A DNA stretch of 64,000 bases from Ascoidea asiatica JCM 7603 (lineage: Eukaryota > Fungi > Ascomycota), in NCBI GenBank assembly GCA_001600695.1, contig BCKQ01000005.1, positions 403,307 to 467,306 of the forward strand. Direction: 5' to 3'. Below, piece by piece: positions 39,724-51,562 of this stretch (position 1 is the first letter of the stretch; every line of letters begins with the position of its first letter). The translations under genes were made by a program, and so were the position numbers. The notes below the pieces were generated by a model. That model saw nothing but the letters and a program-made list of their open reading frames with translations. It made no database searches and had not been told where the DNA came from.

Positions 39724-40617
39724 TTCAATTTAAATCCTAATCTTAATCAATTTCCTTCTCAAAAATCTCCATTTACATTACCTTCTTTTAGTCCAGGTTC
39801 TTCATCTTCTCCTTCTTTATTAAGCTTATCAAATAGTAATTATTCAATAAAATCAAATCCTTCTTCTCCTGATTTATCTGATTCTTCATTTTCAATATCA
39901 AATAAAATTCATAATCATTCAACCAATCTCAAAATTAATCATAATAATAATAATAATAATAATAATAACATCATCAATATTAATTCCTCTCCCGCAAATA
40001 CCGATAACAATAATATCAATAATATAATTTCTGAAAATTGTTTAAATAATCAATGTAATCAAAATCAAAATAATATTGAAAATAATAAAAAAATTTTAAA
40101 ACGTAAAAAAAAACAATGTCCAAATTGTTCAAAATTTTTCTCAAATTTAACAACTCATCAAAATACTCATTTAAAAGAAGAATTAAGACCTCATATTTGT
40201 AAAATTTGTCAAAAAGGTTTCTCAAGACCAAATGATTTATTAAGACATCAAAAAAGACATTTTAAAGATTCTATACAACAAAATATTATTTCTGATGAAA
40301 AAAAAAATTCAAATTCAACTGATAATTCAAATTTACCAAATGGCATTTTTATTTGCCCATTTGCAAATTTTATAAATGATGATAATAATGAAATTCATTG
40401 TTCTTGTCATCCAACTGGAATATTTTCAAGATGTGATACTTTTAAAAATCATTTAAAAGCTTTACATTTTCAATATCCTCCTGGAACTAAAAAGAAAAAT
40501 AGAAATAATGTTTCTGGTTATTGTAAAATTTGTGGTTTAAATATAATTAATGTTGATGTTTGGTTAAATGAACATGTTTTAAATAATTCATGTCCTAAAA
40601 TATTACATAAATTATGA
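39289..40617 (+). CDS. STP4: C2H2 zinc-finger transcription factor, Stp3/Stp4 family
   Basis: KKQCPNCSKFFSNLTTHQNTH...RPHICKICQKGFSRPNDLLRHQKRH, CHPTGIFSRCDTFKNHLKALHFQYPPGTKK, CKICG...NVDVWLNEHV; poly-Asn N-terminus. Confidence 0.88.
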
Positions 40618-40891
40618 TTTTTTAATTAATTTTTACACTATTTTTATCATTTTTATCATTTTTATCATTTTTATCATTTTTTTAAACTACTGTACTTATA
40701 CATTAGATTTTTATATACATTACAATAACGTTACAATTCTCTTTTATACTTTTATACCTCTCTTACTTTCATACTTTCATACTTTCCTACCTTTATACTT
40801 TTAAACTCCTCTCTAAAATACTAACTTATATAGAATATAATGATTAAATGACCATATAAAATTTTAACTCTTTACATTATATGCATTTATT

Positions 40892-43800
40892 TTATACACA
40901 TTTTCTTTTTCTTTTTTTAGATTCATTTTGTTTCCTATTTTTTTGTAATGCTAATAAAAGTGTATTGCATCTTCTGGATAATTCTTGTGGAGTTCTTGTT
41001 TGAAAAAACCAATCAAATTTAAATAATTCACTTCGAGAAATAACTTCTCGTACCTTTTCAAATAAATTATCTGAAAATAAGCCTAATTTATTAACAATAA
41101 TTAAAATAAATTTATCTTCTAATTCAGAATAAACTCTTTTTGAATTATTTGGAGGATATATTATAACTAATTCTTCTAAAGGAGATCTATACTCTGAAAT
41201 TTTATCTGCTAATAATTTTTGTTGAGCTAATAATTTTTGTGATTTTTTTTCTCCAAATTCAATTTGAGATATATATTTTTCATATCCTTCAATTTCTGAA
41301 TTTCTTTCCCAAAATACTTTACTATATTTTTCCACTTCTTCTTTAGTTTTATTTCCTAAATCTTTAGAAATTAAAGAATATGCATTTCTACCAAATTTTG
41401 CGGCTGAATGAATAAAATTTGTAAAATCACGTCTACTCCAGTTTCCAAATGCTTCTTCAATCAATCGCTCTTTTTTTTCATCTTCTTCTTTAGTTAAAGG
41501 TTCCGCATTATTAATTCGTTGTTGTTCTCTTTTCTTCTTTTGATCTCTAGTTTCTGGAGGATCTGAATTGTCTTTTCCATTATCTTTTTCTTTATCTTCT
41601 TCATCACTTTCCATTAAAGCATTTTCTTCTTCCATATCAATAATATCAGATAATTGAACTCTATAGTTTATCTGTTTTTTATAATATAACATTTCCTTTT
41701 CTAACAAGGCATCCAAATCAGGTGAATAAAATTGATGATCTTGAGTATGAATATTTTTCGGAGCTTTTGGTGCCTTGGCACCAGAATTTATTTTTGTACT
41801 TTGAAGTACATCCTTATAATAATTGTCAACAGAATATGTCTGTTCTTTTCTTTCTCTTTTACTTGGATTAATCCAAGTTTGAAAGTTTCGACCTTCATTA
41901 TTTTTTTTAGCAAAATTTGTACCATTCCATTCATAAGCAGAAGAATCTGAAGTAAATTTTTGAAGATCATCTAAACCAAGTTTTTCAAATCGTTGATTCA
42001 AAGACTTTGTTTTTTCTTCACCTTTTTTCAAAATTGTTTCAATATCATCATCAGCTATTGTTCCTTCTTTTGATTCAAAAACTTTTTGAGCACCATGTTG
42101 AATCATACTCAATAAATCTTCTTTATTATCTCCTGTTTTATTATTCTTATTCAGCACTCGACCTTGTTGAATGACTAATTGATCCAACCTAAGCTTTTGA
42201 GCAGCACGTTCTATAACTTTTTCTTCAATTGCATTTTCTGTAACAAATCTAAATACATGAACTTGTTTTTTCTGTCCAATTCTATGAGCTCTATCCATAG
42301 CTTGCAAATCTGCCTGTGGATTCCAATCTGAATCATATAATACAACTATATCAGCACTAGTTAAATTTATACCTAACCCACCAGCTCTTGTTGTTAGTAG
42401 AAATATAAACTTATCGGAACCAGGCTTATTATATTCATCAATAGCAGCAATTCTATCTTCATGAGCAGTTGATCCATCTATTCTACAATAGCTAAATTCT
42501 CTAAAAAAACAATAATCTTCTAAGATATCTAACAATCTACTCATTTGGCTGAATATTAAAACTCTAGAACCTTGCTCTTTCATACGTTTCAATAGCTTGT
42601 CTAATATTATCATCTTTCCAGAGTTAAAAATTAAATGTTCATCGGTAGTATAAGGAGGACCAGGCTCTGCACCTTCAAAAAGATATGGATGATTACAACA
42701 TTTTCTTAATTGCATAACAATATTAAGCAATCTTGTTTTACCTTCTCTTTTTCCAACGACCCCATTAACAGCATCGATATCTTTTTCTAAAAGTTTTTTA
42801 TACCATTTTATTTGCATTTCTGACATTCCTACATAAACGTTAACTTCTTTTTTTGGCAATAAAGACTTTTCAACGTCAGCTTTAACTCGTCTTAATAAAA
42901 AAGGGTTTAAAATTTTATGCAATTGTTGAACCATCGATTCTTCTTTTTTAGCCTTTTCATCTTCATTTTCAGATTCATTATCAGAATTAGTTCTGTCAAA
43001 CCACTGATCAAATATTTCAGAATCTCCAAATACATCAGGTAATATAAAATTTAATAAAGCCCATAATTCATGAAGATTATTCTGAAGAGGAGTACCAGTA
43101 ATTAATAATCTTCCCTTGGAATAAAATAGACGAATTATTTGAGATAGCGCACTATGTTCGTTTTTAATTCTATGAGCCTCATCAACAATTATATATTTCC
43201 AAGCAAATTTTTTTAAATGAGATTTTTCACTTATTACCATTTCAAAAGAAGTTATACAAACATCAAAGTCACAAGATAATAATCTTTGTTGAATTAATTT
43301 TGATCTTTCATCTTTAGCACCTTGTAAAACTAAAACATTTACATCTGGTGTCCATTTTGAAAATTCTCTTCTCCAATTATCTAAAGTTGATTTCGGTACA
43401 ATAATAATATAAGGACCAGTTATACCTTTTATATATCTAAGATAACCTAAGAAAGAAATTGTTTGAAGAGTTTTACCTAAACCCATTTCATCTGCTAATA
43501 TACCAGAAAGACAATTTTCATTTAAAGATATTAACCAATTCAAACCTTGAATTTGATAATCTCTTAAAATTCCCTCCTTAATATAAGAAGGAGATTCGGT
43601 TAAAATAGTAGCAGTGGATAAATCATTAATGTCTTCTTCATTATGAATCAATTCTGCGTCTTCTTCTCTTTCGGTTTTACGACGACGAGTATTTCTTCTA
43701 CTTGAATTGATATTAGATCTTCTTGAAGATCGTAAATTTGATAAGTTTGATTGTTTTTCTTCATTGTCTATTTCAGTCAAAATCTTTTTCAATTCACGAT

Positions 43801-44318
43801 TATTATTTGAAATGGCAGACTGTATAAATTCTCTGTATAAATCAGTTAAATTCAAAAGATATTTTATTCGTTTATACATCTCTCTTTTATCTTTCAATCT
43901 TTCAACTTTGGCATCATTTTTCAATAAATATGCTTGTTTATTTTCGGCTATTACTGATTCTAAATCTAAAGTAGTATCAGTTTTGTTCAAAGTAATAGAT
44001 TTTTTAGGAGATTCAACAGAATCTACCGTATCGACTGAATCTTGTTTATCATCTTTATTATCTGTATCATTTTTATCATCGGATTGATTTACATCTGAAG
44101 TTTGTTCAGAGGTTATAGAATTTTTACTTTGCTTTCTTGCCTTTTTGGTCTGAATTTATAAAATAAAAAATGAGAGCAAAAAAATTATAAAAAGATCGAG
44201 TTAAGTTATGAAATAGTTAGTATTTTTATTCTAATTTTGTAGTCGAAGAATAGTAGATCAAATCTTGAAAAACTCAAACTTAAAATAAAGAATAATAAAC
44301 AAAAGGAAGACTTACCAT
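40892..44318 (-). CDS. ISW2: ISWI chromatin-remodelling ATPase Isw2; exons 44318-44316 (ATG only) and 44149-40892 (1086 aa)
   Basis: [66 protein letters not shown] and [10 protein letters not shown] (Isw2-type), HAND-SANT-SLIDE tail; intron gives an in-frame ATG. Confidence 0.92.
44150..44315 (-). other. Spliceosomal intron of ISW2 immediately after the start codon (166 nt)
   Basis: ATG|GTAAGT at 44315, TACTAAC near 44222-44216, TTCAG ending 44150; downstream frame is open into the ISW2 ORF. Confidence 0.85.
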
Positions 44319-44756
44319 CTTATTTACCTCTTTTCTGTTATATTTTCTTAAAATTATTAATTCATTTAATCCATTTATGGGATTATAATAATATATAAAA
44401 CATAAATTGATAAAAACCAGTAGTTTTCAGAAATTAAAAAAGTAAAGAATATCAAAATACATAACAAAATGCTAAATGGGTATAAACATCAGGGACGTGC
44501 CGAGAGAACCAATTTCATGGGTGTTTGAAAAATAAGGAGTCCCGAGTAATTGGCTTCAGTTCACAGGGAAAAGAACGAAACCCACAATATCGGTCTTTGT
44601 GTAAGAAACAAAAAAATGGGTCAGTTTCTTCTCATTATTTCGTTTCAAGTGGCATAAAAAGAAGTAAAATCTTATGCAAAATATGAAAATATTAATTCTT
44701 TTCTTTCAAAAGAAAGCAGGAAAGGAGTACTTGTGTCAATATTACAAAGACTAAAT

Positions 44757-45119
44757 ATGGCGAAGCGAAGTGAAGAAGCAGAAACTTTTCGTGCTGCTGT
44801 CTATGATGCCGTGAAAAAAATTCCTTATGGTAAGGTTTCAACTTATGGTCACATAGCAAAAATGATATTTAGACCTCAAAACTCAAGACAAGTTGGAATT
44901 GCTTTGAAAAATTTACCTACAGAGCAAGATGATATTATACCTTGGTGGAGAGTCATTAATTCACAAGGTTTAATCTCTAAGAGAATCTCGTTGAAGGGTG
45001 AAATTGGGGAACTTTCTCAAGCTAAACGACTCGTTGAAGAAGAAGTTGAAGTGGATTTGGAATTACTAAGCATTGATTTAAGAACTTATGGCTGGTTTCC
45101 TGGAACTGATTTTGATTGA
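44757..45119 (+). CDS. Alkyltransferase-like (ATL/Atl1) O6-alkylguanine-binding protein
   Basis: FRAAVYDAVKKIPYGKVSTYGHIA...RQVG...IPWWRVINSQGLISKR: MGMT DNA-binding fold with Trp in place of the catalytic Cys of PCHRV. ATG at 44757. Confidence 0.9.
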   Translation: MAKRSEEAETFRAAVYDAVKKIPYGKVSTYGHIAKMIFRPQNSRQVGIALKNLPTEQDDIIPWWRVINSQGLISKRISLKGEIGELSQAKRLVEEEVEVDLELLSIDLRTYGWFPGTDFD

Positions 45120-45307
45120 TTTTGTTCTTCATGTAGACGAATTGTTACAATGTATTCTCTACTTTTGCAATAAAATGAGTTTTAATTTGAAAAGAAAAAA
45201 AAAGTAAAAAAAAAGGAAATAAAAATAAAAGATAAAAACTCTAATAACATTTCTAATAGATACTATGTATAGTTATTTGTATTTATATACTAAATTCATT
45301 AAGAAAG

Positions 45308-46717
45308 CTAATTTAGTTTTTTATTGAAACTTATTACAGCCCATTTACCACAGCTGCACCATAACTCACCTTGTTTATTTCCCATTTGTTGATATTCTTT
45401 GATAAGCTCTTCATTCTTACCTTTTGCTAATCCAACACAAACATCTGCCTTACAAGTTCTTAATGATAATATTTTCAAGTCTGAATTACCAAGCTGTTGA
45501 ATTGCTGTTTTAAATGAAGTTTCTCTTTTCCATCTTCTATCATCTGTTAATTTTCTATAATTCAAATCTCCTTTAAATATAATCAAATTTGATTGAACTA
45601 AATCTTGATAAAGCTTTTCGTTTTCCACAATTTTCCAATAACTTAATCCCATTGTCCAAAACTCATCATCTTTCAAAATAATTTGTCCATTATTATAATA
45701 TTTTAAAAGTCTATCAGAAACAAACTTCAATTCATTGAAATGTTCACTATTAGAAAAAAAACTTTTATCTTTTAAATCTTCTATAATTAAAAAAAAATCT
45801 TTTTTCATTGCATCTGAAACCATCCATGGTCTAGCTTTACAATTTAAAACAACTTTTCCCGTAATTTTACAATCTAAAAGAAATAATGTAAATATTAAAT
45901 CTGTATAGAACTCAAATCCAGCATTATCTAAAACAAAATCAATTCTTTTTTTGATATTTTTAGGATATTCTTTCAATAATCCTTCACAAACTTTATTTAT
46001 ATCATTAGCAATTATATTTTTCTCTGATTTTTTTCTTGCTTCTTTACCTTGGACAGATTTAAGATCATCTAATGACATATTAACCAATAATGATAAATCT
46101 GATGCATTTCCCCATAAACTAATATCTGCAAACTCTTTCAAAAGAATAGTTAAAAATTCAATTTTAACTTCATTATTTGATTCATTTTCATCTTTTATAT
46201 TCATTTCATCATATAATTGTTTGTAACGTAAAGCCAACTCTTCAACACCTAATTTGGAGGATAAAAATGAACTTTTTTTAAGATTTCCGAAAATATCGTA
46301 ATTTTCAAATAATTTTTGACTTTTTATAATACAATCAATTCTTCTATACAAATAACATTCAATAAATAACCATGCACCTGTTTTCCAAGTTAATTTTTCA
46401 TCTTGAGGTTTGATATATGAATTTGATTTAGCATTTTTTAATAATTCATTATAAGATTTTAAACCTGAAATTTCCGAGACAGATTTATCACTAAAAAATG
46501 AAAGTTCTTTGTCATTTTCAACTTCTTCTAATATTTCAACCAATCCAGCTTTAATAATGTCAGCTTCTTCTATTTCTTCTTTGTCACTACTTTTTTCAAT
46601 CAAATTTGAAATATCTTCAATAGTTCCTTTTAAAATCTTAGGCCATCTGTCTCTTGAAGTTGTAAAGCCAAATGAGTGAATATCATCATTGAAATAATAA
46701 GGTGGAATTGGTTCCAT
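45308..46717 (-). CDS. DUF89/ARMT1-family damage-control phosphatase (Ymr027w-like)
   Basis: RDRWPKIL, WLFIECYLYRR, SLWGNASDLSL, IDFVLDNAGFE, PWMVSD, LIIFKGDLNYRKL, LRTCKADVCVGL. ATG at 46717. Confidence 0.92.
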   Translation of the reverse strand: MEPIPPYYFNDDIHSFGFTTSRDRWPKILKGTIEDISNLIEKSSDKEEIEEADIIKAGLVEILEEVENDKELSFFSDKSVSEISGLKSYNELLKNAKSNSYIKPQDEKLTWKTGAWLFIECYLYRRIDCIIKSQKLFENYDIFGNLKKSSFLSSKLGVEELALRYKQLYDEMNIKDENESNNEVKIEFLTILLKEFADISLWGNASDLSLLVNMSLDDLKSVQGKEARKKSEKNIIANDINKVCEGLLKEYPKNIKKRIDFVLDNAGFEFYTDLIFTLFLLDCKITGKVVLNCKARPWMVSDAMKKDFFLIIEDLKDKSFFSNSEHFNELKFVSDRLLKYYNNGQIILKDDEFWTMGLSYWKIVENEKLYQDLVQSNLIIFKGDLNYRKLTDDRRWKRETSFKTAIQQLGNSDLKILSLRTCKADVCVGLAKGKNEELIKEYQQMGNKQGELWCSCGKWAVISFNKKLN

Positions 46718-47130
46718 GATTGAGTTGAATGAATTTAAAGTCAATGTTTTCTTGTAAATATTAGATGATTGAAAGATAATTGTTTGGAAATGTAATAAAA
46801 ATAAAAGGTATTTTCAATGAATTTATGTATCTTAATTTTATCGAGCACTTTCAAAATCGAGAAAATCAAAACGTCATGAGCAGAGTCCGATAAGGAATTA
46901 CTGCGGCAGTAACGTTGAAACTTCATTTACTCACCAAGAGCTTTCTTCACTACGAAATCACTTGGGCACGCTATTTCATATATTTCCAATGAAACGCGTA
47001 AAATAATTCAAGACCAAAAAAAATAAAGGTAAAATCAGATCGAAAAAGAAAATTCATATATTAAATTTCAGAATTAATAATTAATTTAATATAATAGAAA
47101 CAATTTAATTTGGATATAAAATATAAAAAA

Positions 47131-47698
47131 ATGCCACCAAAAGGATGGAGAAAAAATGCAGATGGTACATATCCAACACCAAATCGTGAACATGAAAAGA
47201 TTTCAATTGATGATATATTACTTCCCAAATCAACTTTATTGAGATTAGCAAAATCAGTTTTACCAGATGGTAGTTTAATATCAAAAGATTCTGCAACAGT
47301 ATTACAAAGATCTTCTACAGTTTTTGCATCATACTTAATGTTTTACGCACGACAATTTGCTGAACAACATGATCGTAAAACTGTAACTTCTCAAGATATA
47401 ACTAAAGCATTAGATAAAATTGGTTTTAATTCTTTTATACCATATGTTGAAAAAGAATTAGAAGTATTTAATAATATTCAAGCTCAAAAAAAACAAATAA
47501 AACTTAATCAGAATAATGCAAATGAAGAATCCTCAAAGAATGAAAAGACAAATGAAAAAAATTTAATTGAGAAAAATGTAGTTGAAAAAAATATAGTTGA
47601 AAAAAATGATGAAAACTTTTCACATAAAAAATTGAAAACTAATACCGGGAAAGAAATTCTAAGTAAAGATATAAGGCATGATTCAAACATAGAACAAG

Positions 47699-47741
<43 letters not shown>

Positions 47742-48060
47742 TAGTACTAAAGAAGAACTTGATGAAGAATCAGATGAAGATGAAGAAAATGATATTCGTA
47801 ATGATTTAAAAGTAATTGATGACATTGAGAGAGAATTAACAGAGAGTGAAGATGAAAATGAAAATGAAAATGAGAATGAAAATGGAGATACTTCTTCTGT
47901 AGGTAGATCGAATATCATGGAAGATGAAATTGAAGAAAACTCAGAAGATTCTAAAATCAAAAGAACTACTAAATTATCTCTGACTCAAAGAAATAAGGAT
48001 CCCGATGAAGAATTTGATGAATCTGATAAATCAGATAATGAAAATAATTCTGAAAGTTGA
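47131..48060 (+). CDS. DPB4: DNA polymerase epsilon / ISW2-complex histone-fold subunit Dpb4, with long acidic/Asn tail
   Basis: MPPKGWRKNADGTYP...SIDDILLPKSTLLRLAK...LISKDSATVLQRSSTVFASYL...RKTVTSQDITKALDKIGF. Confidence 0.95.
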
Positions 48061-48384
48061 GTTTTGAATAACAAATATTCACTAATTTTTCCAAAATATC
48101 TAGAACAATTTTAAACAATAAATTATGTAGTTTCTTTCATGAAAAAAAAAAACATTCTATAATTGTATTATGGAACTAAAAGCATGAATTAAAGATTAAT
48201 TAACTAATTAATTAAAATATTAGAAAATAAAAAGGAGATGAGAATTGAAAAATCTATTTGCAAAACTAAAAAAAAAAAAAGAAAGAAAATTTAAGAAATG
48301 ATGAGAAAAGAAGAACTAAAAAAATTGATAACGAAATTAAATTTGAAAGTACCAAAATAAGAAATAAGATGGTTGGTTTATAAA

Positions 48385-49542
48385 TTATTTTCCATTTCCA
48401 TTTCCATTTCCATTTCCATCATCATTTTTTGGATGATGAACAAAACATCTATTATAAAATGGTAATCCACAAGCAATATCACCAATAAATAAATAAAGGA
48501 AAAAAAAGATTATTGAAAAAACAATTAATTTAAATTTTATATCATTCCATCTTATATTTTTTTTTAAATGAACAGTTCTTCTTTTAAAAGTATTTGAATT
48601 AATATTTAATTTATCAGTTTTATTAACTAATAAACCAATTCGTTCATCTCTTTCAATAATTTTATTTATATTTTCATTCATTAAAGATTTAATATTATTT
48701 AATTCATTTGTTGCAAATTCTATATCAAGATCTGCAACAGACAGTGGATCATAATTTTTATTATTATTAATAGTATTATTATCACTTGTTGAAGTTAAAT
48801 TTGATTGAAATAAAGAATTTGAATTATTATTTATTGGATAAGGTAATTCAGTTAAAACTAAATTTGAAGATTTTAATAATAAATTTTTTTCTTCATCAAT
48901 TATTATTGATTCAAAAGTTTTTTGAAATTCTAATAATTTATTTTCTTTATCAATATTTTGATTATTGTTTTGATCAATTGAACCATAATTAATTTTAAAA
49001 ATTTGTGGTTTTATTGAATTTCTAAAAATTTTAAATTGATTTAAAATATTATCCATAATTTTAAAAGGAAATTTTTTATTTAAAATTGAAGAAGAAATTG
49101 TTAAGATTGTAATTAAATCATTATTTGGAGAAATATTATATTTAATATAATATAAAGATAAACCTTTATAATTATTTAAGAAATTTTTTTCATAATTAGT
49201 TAAAAAATTATCATCTTTAATTGAAATTGAAATTGAAATTATTGGTATTATACCAATATATAAAGAATTTGGATTATTAATTGAAGGTAATTGATTTTTA
49301 ATAATTTTTAAAAAATCAAAAGTTTCAAAATTATTAATATTATTATTATTAATATTTTTAATATTTTTACTGTTAATATTATTAATTGATTTATTTTGAT
49401 AAGTATATAAAAATTTTGAATTATAAGTTAAAGTTGTAAATAATAAATGTTTAAAGATATCATTTTCATCAACATTTGAATTTGATAAGAATTTTTGAAC
49501 AGTTGAAATACTTGGAGCTTTTTTCGAGTATGTTTTTGACAT
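48385..49542 (-). CDS. NYV1: Vacuolar R-SNARE Nyv1 (longin + synaptobrevin domain)
   Basis: ELNNIKSLMNENINKIIERDERIGLLVNKTDKL...FKRRTVHLKKNIRW, TM segment and CGLP motif; longin-like N-terminus. Confidence 0.85.
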   Translation of the reverse strand: MSKTYSKKAPSISTVQKFLSNSNVDENDIFKHLLFTTLTYNSKFLYTYQNKSINNINSKNIKNINNNNINNFETFDFLKIIKNQLPSINNPNSLYIGIIPIISISISIKDDNFLTNYEKNFLNNYKGLSLYYIKYNISPNNDLITILTISSSILNKKFPFKIMDNILNQFKIFRNSIKPQIFKINYGSIDQNNNQNIDKENKLLEFQKTFESIIIDEEKNLLLKSSNLVLTELPYPINNNSNSLFQSNLTSTSDNNTINNNKNYDPLSVADLDIEFATNELNNIKSLMNENINKIIERDERIGLLVNKTDKLNINSNTFKRRTVHLKKNIRWNDIKFKLIVFSIIFFFLYLFIGDIACGLPFYNRCFVHHPKNDDGNGNGNGNGK

Positions 49543-49756
49543 TTTGATTAATTATTGCTTTGATTAAATAAAGCTATGGATAAATATTTATAATTGATAA
49601 GAATTACTTGAAATGAAGGATTAGATTCCTCCTGAATAAATTTATAGTAAATAATCATTAACTTATAAATGATATGAAATACATTCGTTGATTATATTTG
49701 ACGTTACGCACCTAGATCAGCCCTATTTGAATTCCCAGGTGAAAGAAAAAGGGACT

Positions 49757-49776
49757 CTGACTCAGCGCTGAGTCAG
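49757..49776. promoter_or_regulatory. Perfect 20-bp palindrome carrying two Gcn4/AP-1 sites (TGACTCA, TGAGTCA) upstream of NYV1
   Basis: CTGACTCAGCGCTGAGTCAG read directly, about 215 bp upstream of the NYV1 ATG. Confidence 0.6.
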
Positions 49777-50356
49777 CAGAAGAAGCAAACCAGGCAGAGA
49801 GAAATGTTGGGCGGCCGGAAGTGGATCGGAAATGGGGTAGCACGTGGCAGTAAGCTTTTCTCGGGCACTCGTTCCGCTGGAAACACAAACAAAACGGAAC
49901 GAAAATAATGTTTCTTTTGGGAATAAGTCACGTGGATGCTACCAGTTTTTTTTAATTTTCGGAGCGCAAAAAAAGAAACACAAACAAAAAAAATAAAAAA
50001 GGTCGGATCAGCTCGGCCCGACTAAAATAACCAATTTTAATAAGTATGTGAATTTTTAAGACCTATTTTTTAATTTCATGATTATCTTTCTATGAATATG
50101 TTTTGAAGATACATTCAATAAGATTTCTTGGAAAGAGAGTCTCAAGTGCTTTGAGGTAAAAAAAACAAACAGAATTGAATTGAAGAAAAAAGTAGATATT
50201 ACACTGTAATGTTATATGAATGATAATTTGGATAATGTATTTTATTATTTACTAAATTATTTAAGCCTCTTTAAGTTATTTCAGTTATTTAAGTTATTTT
50301 ATTTATTTCAGATATTTCAGATATTTCAGATATTTCAAAATTATTAATGTCATTGA

Positions 50357-51182
50357 TTAAGTAGATTTTTGAATTGAATCACTTGAAGTTAATTCAGTAC
50401 CAAAAACAGTATCCCAGAATTTACTTGTTACACCAAAACCTAATTCATAATTTTTATAATGATGTTCAAGATGATATTTTTTTAATTTTTGTAAATATGA
50501 AGGTAAAGAAATATGATGTAAAGAATAATGAGTTATATCATACATTATATAACCTAAAGTACCACCTGCAAAACCACAACAAGCTAAATAAAATGGAAAA
50601 ATTTTAAAAACTAATTTATAAAATGGAAAACAAAGTACTATAAATAAAGCTGGAGGCATTACTAATCTATATTTATCCATTGGTAAATAATGATGAACAC
50701 CATGTAAAGTAAAATGTAAAAGTAAAAAAAATGGATGATCTGGTAAATAATAATCTAAATGAAATAAAAATCTATGAAGAATATATTCTAATAAAGTCCA
50801 AAAAAATAAACCAAAAGCCCACATTGGAATTGAATAATAAATTGGTAAATTTAATAAACCAATTGAAAAAATATATAAATTTATTGGTAACCATAAAGTT
50901 GGTATAACCCACCATGCTGTTAAAGATAAAGGTTCTAAGAAATTACCAAATAAAGGAGCAGAACCTTTACCATAATGTCTTGGTCTATGAACTTGATCTA
51001 AATAAAATTCTTTTGTAAAATCAGAAAATAAAACTTGTATAAATAAAGGTTTATTTAAATCTAAAAATTTATGTTTTGAATAATCATTTGAATAATCTGT
51101 TTGTATATGTAATTTATCATAGGTTGGTAATTCTTTTAATTCAGTTGAATCAAAATAAGATGAATTTGGATCATTATTATTC

Positions 51183-51219
<37 letters not shown>

Positions 51220-51562
51220 TACTAGTTAATTTAACATGAACTTGATGATCTTTATTAGTTAGTAGTGATTTTTCTTCATCTTCAGTTGCTAAATAACCAA
51301 TTAAATAATTTTCATCTAAAATTTCATAAGAAGCTTCTGAATGCTCATGAGATATTGAATCTGACATTATTGAAGTTATATCTTTACCAGCATATTCAAG
51401 AATTGAATCATCACCACCTGGATGTTGAGATATAAATTCAGTTACATTATAAATTTTCCTATTATATAAAGAAACCCAACAATCATTAGAAGAATTATGA
51501 GTTTTTAAATTTGCTATTGAATATAAAGGATATGATTTTGAATTTGAATTATCAGATTCCAT
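50357..51562 (-). CDS. SCS7: Sphingolipid fatty-acid alpha-hydroxylase Scs7 (cytochrome b5 + hydroxylase)
   Basis: HPGG heme motif, HKFLDLNKPL, YLDQVHRPRHYGKGSAPLFGNFLEPLS, HRFLFH, HGVHHYLPMDKYRLVMPP, YHLEHHYKNYELGFGVTSKFWD. Confidence 0.96.

Noticed and set aside
47508-47960. 150-aa antisense Ser/Leu-rich ORF
   Set aside because: Reverse complement of the GAA/GAT/AAT-rich DPB4 tail.
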